A DNA stretch of 64,000 nt. Origin: Phycisphaerae bacterium. GTDB lineage: Bacteria > Planctomycetota > Phycisphaerae > UBA1845 > Fen-1342. Shown piece after piece: positions 8,056-18,400 of the stretch (positions are counted from its first letter, which is position 1; every line of letters begins with the position of its first letter). The notes under the pieces are model-generated. The model saw only the letters and a list, made by a program, of their open reading frames with translations. It was not told the DNA's origin and did not search any database. Position numbers and translations under genes: made by a program. The stretch is taken from NCBI GenBank assembly GCA_050115495.1, contig JASFQK010000001.1, positions 202,203 through 266,202 on the forward strand, given 5' to 3'.

Positions 8056-10536
8056 GTGGCTGAAACGTCCTACACGCGTGCCCGCCGGACGGCTCTGTAC
8101 GGGCTGCTGCTACAGATCATCGCTTTTGGCGGCGTGCTGGTGCTGGGCCAGAGTTCGCTGTCGGTGGCGATGTTCACGCTGGCCTGGTACATCGGCGGCG
8201 GCATTCCGCTGTGGTTCGTCTGTCTGCTGGTTTTCCGCCAGCACGAACTGGTGGCGCTGGAGTCGCTCGACCTCGAAGAGCTCCGGCGGGAGAAGCAGAG
8301 CGCCGGCGGCGGGGAAGCGATCTTCGACGAGGAAGGCGGCGGGGCGCTCGGTTTCCGGGTGGCCGAGACGCGGCTGCGCTGGATGCAGCGTTGGCTGCTG
8401 CCGGCTTTCGGGCTGGTGACGGCGCTGTACCTGGCCGGGATGGGGATGTGGCTCTGGTACCAGGTGAAGACGCTGGGCGTGCTGGGCCGCGGGGAGCTGC
8501 AGAACCTGCCCATCTCGATGATCCTGCTGGGGGTAGGCGTGCTGTTGCTCTTCCTGTTTGCCCGCTACGCGTCGGGGATGGCGCGGGTGAAGGAATGGCA
8601 GCATTTGCGAGCGTGCGGCTCGTACATGCTGGGCAACGCCATCGCGGCGGCCGCGGCGATCATCTGCCTGGGGGTGGCGATCAGTCCGCTGAAGACGCCG
8701 ACGCCCGAGCACGTGCTGGCCTACCTGATCCCGGTGGTGATGGTGCTGGTGGCGGCGGAGACGCTGATCAACTTCATTCTGGATGTCTATCGTCCGCGAA
8801 CGCCGGGCGTGGAGCCCCGGGCCTGCTTCGACAGCCGGCTGCTGGCCCTGATCGCCGAGCCGGGCGGGATCGCCTCGACGATCGCGGAGGCGATGAACTA
8901 CCAGTTCGGCTTCGAGGTATCGCACACCTGGTTTTACCAGTTGTTGCAGCGGACGTTCGTGCCGCTGCTCGGGGCGGGGCTGGTGATTTTGTGGGCGCTG
9001 ACCTGCATGCTGGTGGTGCAGCCGGGGGAGCACGCCATCGTCGAGCGTTTCGGGCGGCAGTTGAACGCCGAGACGCCGCATAAGTGCGGGCTGCACTGGA
9101 AGCTGCCGTGGCCGATCGACGTGGCCCACAAGTACAACACCGGCGAGCTGCACCAGATCATCATCGGCTTCAAGCAGTTTGACGCCGCGCCTCAGGCCGA
9201 TAAAGAGCAGACGCTGGACGTGGCCCTGTGGGACGACGTGAAGCACATGGGCCAGCCGCACTTCGACTTCCTGATTCCGGTGCCGCGGCGGGTGGCCGAG
9301 CTGACGATGGCGCGGCCGGCGGAGCCGACGGTGGCCGAGACGCAGCCGACGACGGCCCCGGGAGAGCGGCGGCCGGAAGAGGCCCTGCCGGTCAACATGG
9401 TGCGGATGGACGTGGCCATCCAGTATCGGATCCGCGAGGATGACCTGGCCGACTACACGGTGAATATCGTGAACGCCCAGGAAACGCTGCGGGACCTCGC
9501 CTGGGAGGAGGTGGTGCGCTACAGCGCGTCCAATGACCTATTCACCCTGTTGGGCGAGAAGTACGCCACGGCCGCGATGGAGCTGCGCGAGCGCATCCGC
9601 CGGCACGTCGAGGAGTTGGACCTTGGGTTGGAGATTGTTTACGTCGGCGTGCAGAACGTGCACCCCGAGCCGGGCGTGTCCAAGGAATTCCGCCGGGTCG
9701 TCACGGCCGAGCAGGAGAAGATCGCCGCCATTCGCGAAGCGATCGTCAAGGAAAACCAGGTGCTCTCTGCCGTGGCCGGCAGCCGGGGCGTGGCCATCAA
9801 TCTGGCGCAGGCGATCGATCATATCGGGCCGAACACGACGGCCCTGAACGACGCCCAGGCCGTGCTGAGCACAGCGGACGCTGGCCTGGTCGAGACGTAC
9901 CGGCAGCGCGTGGCCGAGCATGAGGCGGCGCTGCGGGCGGTGGTCGAGGCCGACTGGCGGCTGCAATTGGCCCGGCTGGACAAGCAGCAGGTCGACTACG
10001 ACTTCGACCTGGGCCTGCAGGACGTGGGCGACAAGGCACGGGCCGGCGCAGCGGTGACGGCGGCGGAGGCGGCGCTGGAGGCGGCGAAGGCGACCCTGAC
10101 CGAAGAGTTGGCTGAGGTGGAGACCGCGGCCCGTCAGCAGCTCTCCGAACCGGTGGTGGCTGCCCTTCGCGAAGAGGCCCAGGCCCAGACGGGGCTGACC
10201 TTCTGGAACGGCCGGTTGCAGCAGTTGCTGCCGGGCGTGCAGGGCGAGGCGGCGGTCGTATTGGCCAAGGCCCAGGCGGAGCGCTGGGCGATCGAGATGC
10301 GGGCGGCGGCGGAAGTGGCCCGCGTGGACGGCGAACGGGCGGCGTACCGCGCAGCCCCGCGCGTCTACAAGATCCGCAAGTACCTGGAGGTGCTGACCGC
10401 GGGCATCAAGGATTCGCGGAAGTTCTTCCTGGCGTTTGACCCGGGCAACCGGTGGGTGCGCGTGCGACTGATGGCTGAAGAACAGGCCCGCACCGGCATC
10501 GAGGATATTGAGACCCGCCAGCCGACGCGGCCCTGA
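8056..10536 (+). CDS. Large SPFH/HflK-like protein with a polytopic N-terminal membrane domain and a long coiled coil
   Basis: Several TM segments, then VQPGEHAIVERFGR...GLHWKLPWPID (SPFH), VGVQNVHP and an Ala/Glu-rich helical region. Confidence 0.85.
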   Translation: MAETSYTRARRTALYGLLLQIIAFGGVLVLGQSSLSVAMFTLAWYIGGGIPLWFVCLLVFRQHELVALESLDLEELRREKQSAGGGEAIFDEEGGGALGFRVAETRLRWMQRWLLPAFGLVTALYLAGMGMWLWYQVKTLGVLGRGELQNLPISMILLGVGVLLLFLFARYASGMARVKEWQHLRACGSYMLGNAIAAAAAIICLGVAISPLKTPTPEHVLAYLIPVVMVLVAAETLINFILDVYRPRTPGVEPRACFDSRLLALIAEPGGIASTIAEAMNYQFGFEVSHTWFYQLLQRTFVPLLGAGLVILWALTCMLVVQPGEHAIVERFGRQLNAETPHKCGLHWKLPWPIDVAHKYNTGELHQIIIGFKQFDAAPQADKEQTLDVALWDDVKHMGQPHFDFLIPVPRRVAELTMARPAEPTVAETQPTTAPGERRPEEALPVNMVRMDVAIQYRIREDDLADYTVNIVNAQETLRDLAWEEVVRYSASNDLFTLLGEKYATAAMELRERIRRHVEELDLGLEIVYVGVQNVHPEPGVSKEFRRVVTAEQEKIAAIREAIVKENQVLSAVAGSRGVAINLAQAIDHIGPNTTALNDAQAVLSTADAGLVETYRQRVAEHEAALRAVVEADWRLQLARLDKQQVDYDFDLGLQDVGDKARAGAAVTAAEAALEAAKATLTEELAEVETAARQQLSEPVVAALREEAQAQTGLTFWNGRLQQLLPGVQGEAAVVLAKAQAERWAIEMRAAAEVARVDGERAAYRAAPRVYKIRKYLEVLTAGIKDSRKFFLAFDPGNRWVRVRLMAEEQARTGIEDIETRQPTRP

Positions 10537-10593
10537 GCGGCCGAAGCGGCGCGCGGGCCGGCGGTCCCGCGCGGCGGATGACGAGGAGCAGAG

Positions 10594-11550
10594 ATGAACA
10601 GGATCGCGGTACCAACGCTGTTGACGGCCGGGGGCGTGGTGCTCCTGCTGTTGGCCTACGCCCTGACGTTCCAGGTGCGCTTCTCCGAAGTGGCGGTGAC
10701 GGAGAGATTCGGCAAGGCGGATGAGAAGAGCATCGTGACCGATCCCGGCCTGTATTGGCGCTGGCCGTGGCCGATCGACAGGGTCACGAAGTACGACAAG
10801 CGTCTGCGCACGCTGGACACGACCGAGGCCGAGGTCAAGACGAAGGACGGGAAGAACGTCGTCATCGGCAACTACGCCATCTGGCGCATCGAGCAGCCCC
10901 TGCAGTTCTACAAGCGGGTGCGGACGGTGGCCAAGGCGGAGGAGGGCCTGCGGGCCCGTATCGCCGATCGCCGCCAGGCGGTCATCGGCAACGAGAACCT
11001 GTCGGCCTTCGTCAACCTGGACGAGGCGCGGGTCACGGAGAGCTACGACCGCATCGAAGAGGCCTTGCTGAACGGCAAGGGGTTGGAGCCGGGTGGCGAA
11101 ACCCGCTCTCTCGCCGAGGGCGTGCTCGAGGATTTCGGCATTCACCTCGAGAAGGTGGCCATCCGTCGCATTTCGCTGCCCCAGGAGACTACGCAGAGCG
11201 TCTTCCAGCAGATGATCGCCGAGCGGCAGAAGGTGGCCGCCGGCTACCGCGAGGAGGGCAAGTCGCGGGCGCAGTCGATCACGGCAGCGGCCGAGGCGGC
11301 CAAGCAGCAGATCCTGGCGTTTGCCCGGACGAAGGCCGAGCAGGAGCGGACCAAGGGCGTGCAGGCCAGCACCCGCGTGCTGGCTCAGATTGAAGCCGAG
11401 GACGTGGAGTTCTTCGAGTGGCTGCGCTGGCTGGACGCCCTGCGCGTCTCGCTGCAGCAGAAGAGCACCATCTTCCTGGACAGCGACTCGGAGCTGTTCA
11501 AGCCCTTCATGGGACCGCTGGCACCGACCTCGCAGCCGGGCAGGGAGTAG
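10594..11550 (+). CDS. SPFH/HflC-like protein
   Basis: TM, ERFGK...PGLYWRWPWPID, DKRL, TKDGKNV, MIAERQKVAAGYREEG. Confidence 0.88.
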   Translation: MNRIAVPTLLTAGGVVLLLLAYALTFQVRFSEVAVTERFGKADEKSIVTDPGLYWRWPWPIDRVTKYDKRLRTLDTTEAEVKTKDGKNVVIGNYAIWRIEQPLQFYKRVRTVAKAEEGLRARIADRRQAVIGNENLSAFVNLDEARVTESYDRIEEALLNGKGLEPGGETRSLAEGVLEDFGIHLEKVAIRRISLPQETTQSVFQQMIAERQKVAAGYREEGKSRAQSITAAAEAAKQQILAFARTKAEQERTKGVQASTRVLAQIEAEDVEFFEWLRWLDALRVSLQQKSTIFLDSDSELFKPFMGPLAPTSQPGRE

Positions 11551-11554
11551 GGCC

Positions 11555-12820
11555 ATGGACGAGCACGGACATTACCCAATGGCAGGCGCCGGCGGCCCGC
11601 CGGAGCCGGCAGGCGATCCGGCACAGCAGTCGTTGGGCAGCGCGCTGCGTTCGAGCTTCGCGATTCTGCGGCTGGTCATCTTTGTCCTGTTGGCGCTCTA
11701 TCTGTTGTCGGGCGTCTTCCGGATTCAGCCGGGAGAGCAGGGTATCGTCGCCCGCTTCGGTAAGCTGATGGAGAACCGGGAAACGGGCAAGTTCGTGTTC
11801 ACCGAAGGCTGGGTATGGTGGGTGCTGCCCGAGCCTTTCGACGAGAAGATCACGATCTCCGGCAATATCGAGCGCATGACGATCGACACGTTCATGTTCG
11901 CCCGCACTGAGGACGCGATCAGGAACGACACGGACATCGCCACGCTCAAGCCGCGCGGCAACCAGATCAACCCGGGCCGCGACGGGGCCATGCTGACCGG
12001 CGACAAGAACCTCTCCCACGGCTTGTGGGAGGTGGAGTACCGCATCGTCGACGGGGCGGCTTTCGTTACGCATGTGGGCGAGGGGCCCGAGGAGTTCGCC
12101 CCCCTGCTGCAACGGTCGCTGGAGAACTCGATTCTCCGCGAGGTGGCCTACCGCAAGGTGGAGGAGGTCACGCGAACGAAGATCGACAGCGTCGCCGACC
12201 GCGTGCTGCGGCGCTTGCAGAAGAACCTGGACGCCCTGCACACGGGCGTGGAAGTCGTCAAGACCAACCCCAACGTGATCGTGCCGGCGCAGGTGGCTCC
12301 GGCCTTCACCGAGGTCACCAACGCCGAGAACGAACGCACCCGGCAGGAGCACGGCGCCGAGCAGAAGGCCACAGAGATCCTGAACCAGGCCGCCGGCCCC
12401 GCTCACCGTGCGGTGCTGGAGAAGATCCGGGCCTACGGGGCGGCGCAACTCGCCGGCGCCGAGCCGGAGGAGCTGGCCCGGCTCCTGGCGGAGATCAATA
12501 CGTCGCTGGACACGGCGGAGGGCGAGGTCGCGGTGGCCCTGCGCGAGGCCCGGGCCGAGGCCAACACCGTGCGCGAGGAGATCAACCGCCAGTACCAGGA
12601 ATACACCGAGTGGCTCAAGCAGTACCGGGCGCTGCCGCAGGCGACGCTGGTGTCGCTCTGGTCGCAGATGCGCGAGCAGATTCTGACCAACAAGGACAAC
12701 GAGCTGTTCTGGCTGCCGGACAGCAACGTCATTGAGATCCTGGTGAACCGCGATCCGAACCGGGCCATCGAGGCCGAGCGTGAACGCCTGCAGAAGCAGA
12801 TGCAGGACCAGGAGCGCTAA
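11555..12820 (+). CDS. SPFH/HflK-like protein
   Basis: TM, IQPGEQGIVARFGK, MLTGDKNL, VPAQVAPAFTEVTNA. Confidence 0.85.
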   Translation: MDEHGHYPMAGAGGPPEPAGDPAQQSLGSALRSSFAILRLVIFVLLALYLLSGVFRIQPGEQGIVARFGKLMENRETGKFVFTEGWVWWVLPEPFDEKITISGNIERMTIDTFMFARTEDAIRNDTDIATLKPRGNQINPGRDGAMLTGDKNLSHGLWEVEYRIVDGAAFVTHVGEGPEEFAPLLQRSLENSILREVAYRKVEEVTRTKIDSVADRVLRRLQKNLDALHTGVEVVKTNPNVIVPAQVAPAFTEVTNAENERTRQEHGAEQKATEILNQAAGPAHRAVLEKIRAYGAAQLAGAEPEELARLLAEINTSLDTAEGEVAVALREARAEANTVREEINRQYQEYTEWLKQYRALPQATLVSLWSQMREQILTNKDNELFWLPDSNVIEILVNRDPNRAIEAERERLQKQMQDQER

Positions 12821-12836
12821 GCCGGCGCCCCCGAGG

Positions 12837-14003
12837 ATGCCCGTGAACACCCCGTCGATCATTTCCGCCGTCGGCCTGACCAAGGTCTTTCGGGACTTCT
12901 GGCGGCGGGCCCGCGTCAAGGCCGTCAACAGCGTCGATCTGGAGATTCAACCCGGCGAGATCTTCGGCCTGCTGGGCCCCAACGGTTCGGGCAAGAGCAC
13001 GACCATCAAACTCATTCTCGGCCTGCTGCACCCCACGCGTGGCCGCGTCGCCGTCTTCGGCCGACCGCCGGACGACGTCCGCTCCAAGTCGCGCATCGGC
13101 TACCTGCCGGAAGAGTCGTACCTCTACCGCTTCCTGAACGCCCGCGAGACGCTGGACTACTACGGCACACTGTTCCGCATTCCGCGCGGCGAGCGTCGCC
13201 GGCGAACCGAGGGGTTGCTGGAGATGGTCGGCCTGAGGTCGGCGGCCCGGCGGGCGGTGGGCGAGTATTCGAAGGGTATGGCCCGGCGCATCGGCCTGGC
13301 CCAGGCCCTGGTGAACGATCCCGACCTGCTGATTCTCGACGAGCCGACCAGCGGTCTCGACCCGATCGGTGCCAAGCTGGTCAAGGACATCATCGTGCGC
13401 CTCGGCCAGCAGCATAGGAAGACCATCCTCCTTTCGAGCCACCTGCTGGCCGACGTCGAGGAGGTCTGCGACCGGGTGACGATTCTCTACGGTGGGCGGG
13501 AGCAGGTGAGCGGGCGCATCTCCGAAGTACTGGCGCACCGCGACAAGACGCAGATTCTCTGTGACCGGCTGAGTCCGGAGACGATCGCCGCCGTCACCGA
13601 CCTGGTGCAGCGGCAGGAGGGCAAGACGCTCGAGGTGTCCACGCCGCGCGATCGGCTCGAAACGCTGTTCCTGCGGATCGTGCGCGAGGCGCACGCTCAC
13701 AAGGTGGAGACGGCGGGTTCGGCGGTGGCCGGCGAGATCGCCTCGTTCCTCGGTGAGAGTGAGCAGGGCAAGGCCGTGCTGGAATCGCTGACCAAGGTCG
13801 AGCCGGTCGAGACCGGGCCGGCCGAACCCGAGCCGGTGCCGTCCGGTACCGATGCGACGCTGCTGGGCGAGCTCGTGGCCCCGCCGCCGGCGCCGAAGCC
13901 AGCGGCCGGGCCGGCGGTGCCTGCGCCGCCGCCACGCGGTGACGTCGACCGCACCGTGCTCGACGAGCTGACCGAAGACGAGGGCGGCGGGGGCGGGGCA
14001 TGA
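12837..14003 (+). CDS. ABC transporter ATP-binding protein with a Pro/acidic C-terminal tail
   Basis: GPNGSGKST, YSKGM signature, LILDEPTSGLD, SSH. Confidence 0.92.
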   Translation: MPVNTPSIISAVGLTKVFRDFWRRARVKAVNSVDLEIQPGEIFGLLGPNGSGKSTTIKLILGLLHPTRGRVAVFGRPPDDVRSKSRIGYLPEESYLYRFLNARETLDYYGTLFRIPRGERRRRTEGLLEMVGLRSAARRAVGEYSKGMARRIGLAQALVNDPDLLILDEPTSGLDPIGAKLVKDIIVRLGQQHRKTILLSSHLLADVEEVCDRVTILYGGREQVSGRISEVLAHRDKTQILCDRLSPETIAAVTDLVQRQEGKTLEVSTPRDRLETLFLRIVREAHAHKVETAGSAVAGEIASFLGESEQGKAVLESLTKVEPVETGPAEPEPVPSGTDATLLGELVAPPPAPKPAAGPAVPAPPPRGDVDRTVLDELTEDEGGGGGA

Positions 14004-15391
14004 GAAACACGCTGGCCATCGCCCGGCTGATGATCGCCGAGGGCGTCCGCATGCGGATCGTCCTGGTGTTCATCGTCGTGCTGGTGTTCATCGTGCTCCG
14101 GCTGCCGTTCACGCTGCGCGGGGACGAGACGGTCTCGGGGCAGTTGCAGACGTTCCTGGCGTATTCGCTGGGGGCGGTGAGTATTCTGCTGGGAGTGGCC
14201 TGCGTCTTTCTCTCCTGCGCTACGCTGACGGGGGAGATCAAGAGCTTCACCATCCACCTGCTGGTGACCAAGCCGGTCTCGCGGTTCGAGATTCTGCTCG
14301 GCAAGTGGCTGGGCATCAACGTGCTGCTGCTGACGCTCGTGGCGGCCAGCGGGGTAACCATCTACGGTTTCGCCCGCTTCATCAAGTCGCGGCCGGTGGC
14401 CTTCGAGCGCGACGCGGTGAACCTGCGGGACGTCGTGTGGCGGGCTCGCGTGGCGGCCGACCCGACACCGCCGCCGGAGCTGGAAGACCAGGCCCGCGAA
14501 TGGGTGCGGTCGCAGGTCGGTCAGGGACAGCATTTCGCCCGCGGGGAGGCCTTCGCCTACGCCGAGCGGCTCAAGGCTTTGCAGAGCGAGTGGCGGACGC
14601 TCAATCCCGGCCAGGCGCGGGCGTATCTGTTCGAGAACCTGATCCCGCCGCGCTCGGCCGATGCGGTGATCCAGGTGCGCTACCGCGTGCGGGGCGTGAA
14701 CCTCCAACTCGACCAGATGGTGCCGGTGGCCTTCGCTTTCGCCGATCCGGACGATCTTGAGCCGCTCAGCGAGTGGCATGACGTCCGGGAGCGGTCGGCG
14801 GATCTGCACCAGTTCCTGGCGAAGGGGCAGCCGGTCATCAAGGACGGCTGCACGGCGCTGCTGGTCGGCAACCGGGGCCTGCCGCCGTACGAACGCGTGT
14901 CGTTTCACATCGAGGAGGAGGACGGCCTGCAGATCCTCTACAGCGTGGGGACGTTCGAGGAGAACTTCGTCAAGACGCTGTTGATGGTCTACGCCCGGCT
15001 GGCGTTTCTGAGTGCCGTGGGGCTGTTCTTCAGCGTATTTGTGTCGTTCCCGGTGGCCTGCCTGTGCGCGTTCACGTTTTACCTGATCTGCCTGGGCATG
15101 CCCTACTGGCTCGAGTCGGTCGGGGCGAACCTGGAATACTGGACCGAAGGGGTGGACCCCTACGGCCGATACGGGCCGGCGATCCGTATGGTGCTCGTGC
15201 CGATCATGCGCTTCGTCTTCCCGAACTTCGGGGCGTACGACGGCGGGCAGTATCTCATCGACGGGCTGTACATCAATTACGGGCTGCTGTGCAAGGCCCT
15301 GGGGCACACGCTGCTGTACGGGATCCTGCTGCTGCTGTTGCCCGGTTGGCTCATGTTCCGTTCGCGAGAGATCGCGGAGGTGACCGTGTGA
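14000..15391 (+). CDS. ABC-2 type permease with a large extracytoplasmic insert
   Basis: EIKSFTIHLLVTKPVSRFEILLGKWLG, FRSREIA end; ATGA overlap with the ATPase. Confidence 0.85.
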   Translation: MRNTLAIARLMIAEGVRMRIVLVFIVVLVFIVLRLPFTLRGDETVSGQLQTFLAYSLGAVSILLGVACVFLSCATLTGEIKSFTIHLLVTKPVSRFEILLGKWLGINVLLLTLVAASGVTIYGFARFIKSRPVAFERDAVNLRDVVWRARVAADPTPPPELEDQAREWVRSQVGQGQHFARGEAFAYAERLKALQSEWRTLNPGQARAYLFENLIPPRSADAVIQVRYRVRGVNLQLDQMVPVAFAFADPDDLEPLSEWHDVRERSADLHQFLAKGQPVIKDGCTALLVGNRGLPPYERVSFHIEEEDGLQILYSVGTFEENFVKTLLMVYARLAFLSAVGLFFSVFVSFPVACLCAFTFYLICLGMPYWLESVGANLEYWTEGVDPYGRYGPAIRMVLVPIMRFVFPNFGAYDGGQYLIDGLYINYGLLCKALGHTLLYGILLLLLPGWLMFRSREIAEVTV

Positions 15392-15434
15392 GCGCGGGCT
15401 GGCGGCGAGCGTACAGGCGCGGGAGGGTGGACCG

Positions 15435-17630
15435 ATGATGCGTCCGCGCATGATTCAGCTTACCGCCCTGGTGGCCTGCGTGGCCCTGGTGTACGGCGCG
15501 GCGCAGTTCGTGCCCGCGGTGAACAAGGGCCGGCAGGCCCTCAACATGTACGGCAGCGCGGACGTGCTGGAGAACGCGCCGCCGGAATACGCTTTCGCCA
15601 TTCAGGCCTTCGGGGCCTTCCGCAGCATCATCGTCAACATCGCCTTCATTCGGGCGGAGACGTACAAGGAGGAGGGGCGCTACTACGACGCCATGCAGCT
15701 GGCCTCGTGGATCTGCCGCCTCCAGCCGCATTTCCCGTCGGTGTGGGAGTTCCAGGCGTGGAACATGGCCTGGAACATCTCGGTAACGACCTACACGGCG
15801 GAGGAGCGTTGGAACTGGGTGTACAACGGGGTGCGGCTGCTGCGCGACGCCGGCATCGAGGCCAACCCGCGGTCCGTGAATCTCTACAAACAACTCGCCT
15901 GGATCTTCAACAACAAGATGGGCGAGAACATGGACGACTTCCACTGGGAGTACAAGCGGAACTGGGCCTGGCGCATGCACCTGGTCCTCGGTCCGCGGCC
16001 CAGCAGCCTGGGAGCGTACACACCCGAGGAGAAGTTCGAGCCGGTCACCTTCGACGTCGCTACCGACCCGCTGCTGGAGATGGCCCGCACGACGGCCGAG
16101 CAACAGGAGGCTCGCCGGCAGCAGCGCCGGGAAGAACTGGGCGTCCCCTACCGCACGACTCGTAGCCTCGAGGAGCGACTGCAGGAGATTCCGCTGGACG
16201 TACCCAGCGACGAGGGGCCCCTGACGCCGGCCCAGATTCGCCAGCGGGTGATCCGCGACTATCTCCAGCGCATCGCCAACGCGCCGGCGAAGCTGGCCGG
16301 GCTGTACGAAGCTTATCCCGAGACGCGCGACATGGTGGCCCGGCTGCGCGAGATCGGCGTGGAGATCACGGACGATACGCTCACCGAGGACACGTACTGG
16401 TACGACGGCAAGCTGGCCCAGACCTTCTTCAGCCGCTACCGCGGGTTACTGGATACACCCTCGCTGCGGGAGACGATCAGCGCCGAGGCGGACGAGGCCG
16501 CGGCAGTCGAGGCGGCGGCCCGGGAGCGCCTGGACGAGATCCTCGGGGCGCGGGCCGGCAACCCCGCCGGGCGGGCCCTGGTCCGCTTCCTCCAGCGCAA
16601 AGTGCTGCTCGAGGTCTACAAGCTCGATCCGGCGGCGATGGTCAAGCTGGTCGAGCACTTCGGGCCGCTGGACTGGCGCGTGGTGGACACGCAGAGTCTG
16701 TACTGGGTGACGCAGGGTCTGATCCGCGGCGGTGAGACGATCAGCAACTTCCAGAACGACAAGACGAACACGGCGCGCATCCTGTTTTTCAGCCTGCGCA
16801 ACCTGTTCCTGCGTAACCGGATCACGTTCGAACCGAACCCCGAGGACGTGAACAAGTCGTACATCAACTTCTCGCCGGACATTGACTTCGTCGAGCCGAT
16901 GCACCGGGCGTTCGTCACGTACGCGCCGATGATTGACCCGGACCCCGGCAACGCCAACAACGCCGGGGAGACCTTCCGTAGCGGACACGTGAACTTCCTG
17001 CGGGAAGCGATTCGCATGCTCTGGTTCTCCAACCGTGTCGATGAGGCGCAGAAGTACTACACGTACCTGAACCAGCACTACGGCATTCGCCCGGACGGCT
17101 CGGTCGAGACGCGGTACCAGATGCCGCTGCGGGACTTCGTGGTGTCGACGTTCTACGGCAACATCGAGACCCCGCGCGAGACCGGGCGGCTCATCGCCGA
17201 TCTGCTCTATCGGGCGTATGAGGCCCTGGCGGACGAGGACGCGGCCACCTACAACCAACTGGTGAGCAAGGCGCTCGAGTTCCACACGCAGTACACCATC
17301 GAGCACAAGACACAGACCACGCCGCGGATGGCGCTGCGGCCGTTCCAGGACTACCAGATCGACATGTTCCGCGAGTGGTTCAACGTGCCGGTCCTATCCT
17401 CGACGATCACCATTCATAAGGCACACCTGTGGCGCGTGGCTCCGCCGACGCTGAAGCAGTGGGTCTATGACGACCTGATCGGTGTGTTGTCGGCGGAGTG
17501 CGCAGCGTGGAATTTCGACCCGGCCAAGGCGTTCCCCGAGCCGCCGGGCATGGCCGAGTTCCGCGAGGCCCACCCGCGCCGCGAGGTGGATCGCCAGGAG
17601 ACCGACGTCGAGACCGTGCCCGAGCCGTAG
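15435..17630 (+). CDS. Membrane-anchored helical conserved hypothetical protein (resembles planctomycete proteins annotated 'IRE')
   Basis: N-terminal hydrophobic segment; LQPHFPSVWEFQAWNMAWNISV...RWNWVYNGVRLLRD; host-like codon bias; family link recalled, not searched. Confidence 0.75.
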   Translation: MMRPRMIQLTALVACVALVYGAAQFVPAVNKGRQALNMYGSADVLENAPPEYAFAIQAFGAFRSIIVNIAFIRAETYKEEGRYYDAMQLASWICRLQPHFPSVWEFQAWNMAWNISVTTYTAEERWNWVYNGVRLLRDAGIEANPRSVNLYKQLAWIFNNKMGENMDDFHWEYKRNWAWRMHLVLGPRPSSLGAYTPEEKFEPVTFDVATDPLLEMARTTAEQQEARRQQRREELGVPYRTTRSLEERLQEIPLDVPSDEGPLTPAQIRQRVIRDYLQRIANAPAKLAGLYEAYPETRDMVARLREIGVEITDDTLTEDTYWYDGKLAQTFFSRYRGLLDTPSLRETISAEADEAAAVEAAARERLDEILGARAGNPAGRALVRFLQRKVLLEVYKLDPAAMVKLVEHFGPLDWRVVDTQSLYWVTQGLIRGGETISNFQNDKTNTARILFFSLRNLFLRNRITFEPNPEDVNKSYINFSPDIDFVEPMHRAFVTYAPMIDPDPGNANNAGETFRSGHVNFLREAIRMLWFSNRVDEAQKYYTYLNQHYGIRPDGSVETRYQMPLRDFVVSTFYGNIETPRETGRLIADLLYRAYEALADEDAATYNQLVSKALEFHTQYTIEHKTQTTPRMALRPFQDYQIDMFREWFNVPVLSSTITIHKAHLWRVAPPTLKQWVYDDLIGVLSAECAAWNFDPAKAFPEPPGMAEFREAHPRREVDRQETDVETVPEP

Positions 17631-17692
17631 CGCCGCCGGGCGGAACCCGCCCTACCTCTCAGTCCCGGTCGCTATTCCGCGAACGCCCCGTT

Positions 17693-17986
17693 TCAGTATC
17701 GGACCTGAAAGTCCGTCTCGTCGCCGCGGGCGGGTTGGTTCTCGATGTCGGCACTGATGATGTTGGCGTGGAAATGGCGGGCGATGGCGTCGAGGAAAGC
17801 GCTGACCTGATCCGGGGGGCCTTCGGCTTCGAGCTCGACGGCGCCGTCCCGCCGGTTGCGGACGTAGCCGGTGACGGCGAAGCCGCGGGCCAGGTCGGTG
17901 GAGGTGGCCCGGAAGAAGACGCCCTGCACGCGCCCGCTGTACACCACGCGACGCCGCACGGGCCCGGTCTCGCTGGTGCCGCTCAT
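17693..17986 (-). CDS. acyP: Acylphosphatase
   Basis: GRVQGVFFR and GYVRNRRDGAVE motifs. Confidence 0.93.
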   Translation of the reverse strand: MSGTSETGPVRRRVVYSGRVQGVFFRATSTDLARGFAVTGYVRNRRDGAVELEAEGPPDQVSAFLDAIARHFHANIISADIENQPARGDETDFQVRY

Positions 17987-17990
17987 GGGG

Positions 17991-18344
17991 TCAATCCTTC
18001 TTGAGCACGACCTTGCGCTTGTTGTTCGTCAGTTCGAGCCGGCCGAACTTGAGCAGGGCGTTGTAGGCTCGCCGGCCGCCGGCGTCGGGACGCAGCGTCA
18101 GCTTGAACCCGCTGAAGCTGTAGCGGCCGGACTCCTCGGTGGTCTTGCCGTCGGTGGTCACGGTGGCGGTGAAGGTGCCGTCGCGGTTGAACGTGGCATC
18201 GTCGACGCAGAAGGCCTCGCGATTGGGCACGACCTCGACAGCTCGCCAGTGTCCGGCGATCGCCCCGCCGCAGCCGCTCATGGCGACGAGCAGCACCGCA
18301 ACAACAAGTACGGCCGCCGGCATCGGCCTGATTCCTGATCGCAT
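17991..18344 (-). CDS. Small lipoprotein, beta-rich (lipocalin-like possible)
   Basis: Lipobox AMSG-C followed by IAGHW and beta-strand pattern. Confidence 0.7.
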   Translation of the reverse strand: MRSGIRPMPAAVLVVAVLLVAMSGCGGAIAGHWRAVEVVPNREAFCVDDATFNRDGTFTATVTTDGKTTEESGRYSFSGFKLTLRPDAGGRRAYNALLKFGRLELTNNKRKVVLKKD

Positions 18345-18400
18345 CGCTCTTCTCTCCGTGGCGGGTGACGAGGCCCATTATACGGGCCGGGCGGCCGGCG

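Noticed and set aside
8056..12820. Naming the SPFH genes hflK/hflC of the hflX operon
   Set aside because: Three genes with atypical architecture, not linked to hflX or ftsH
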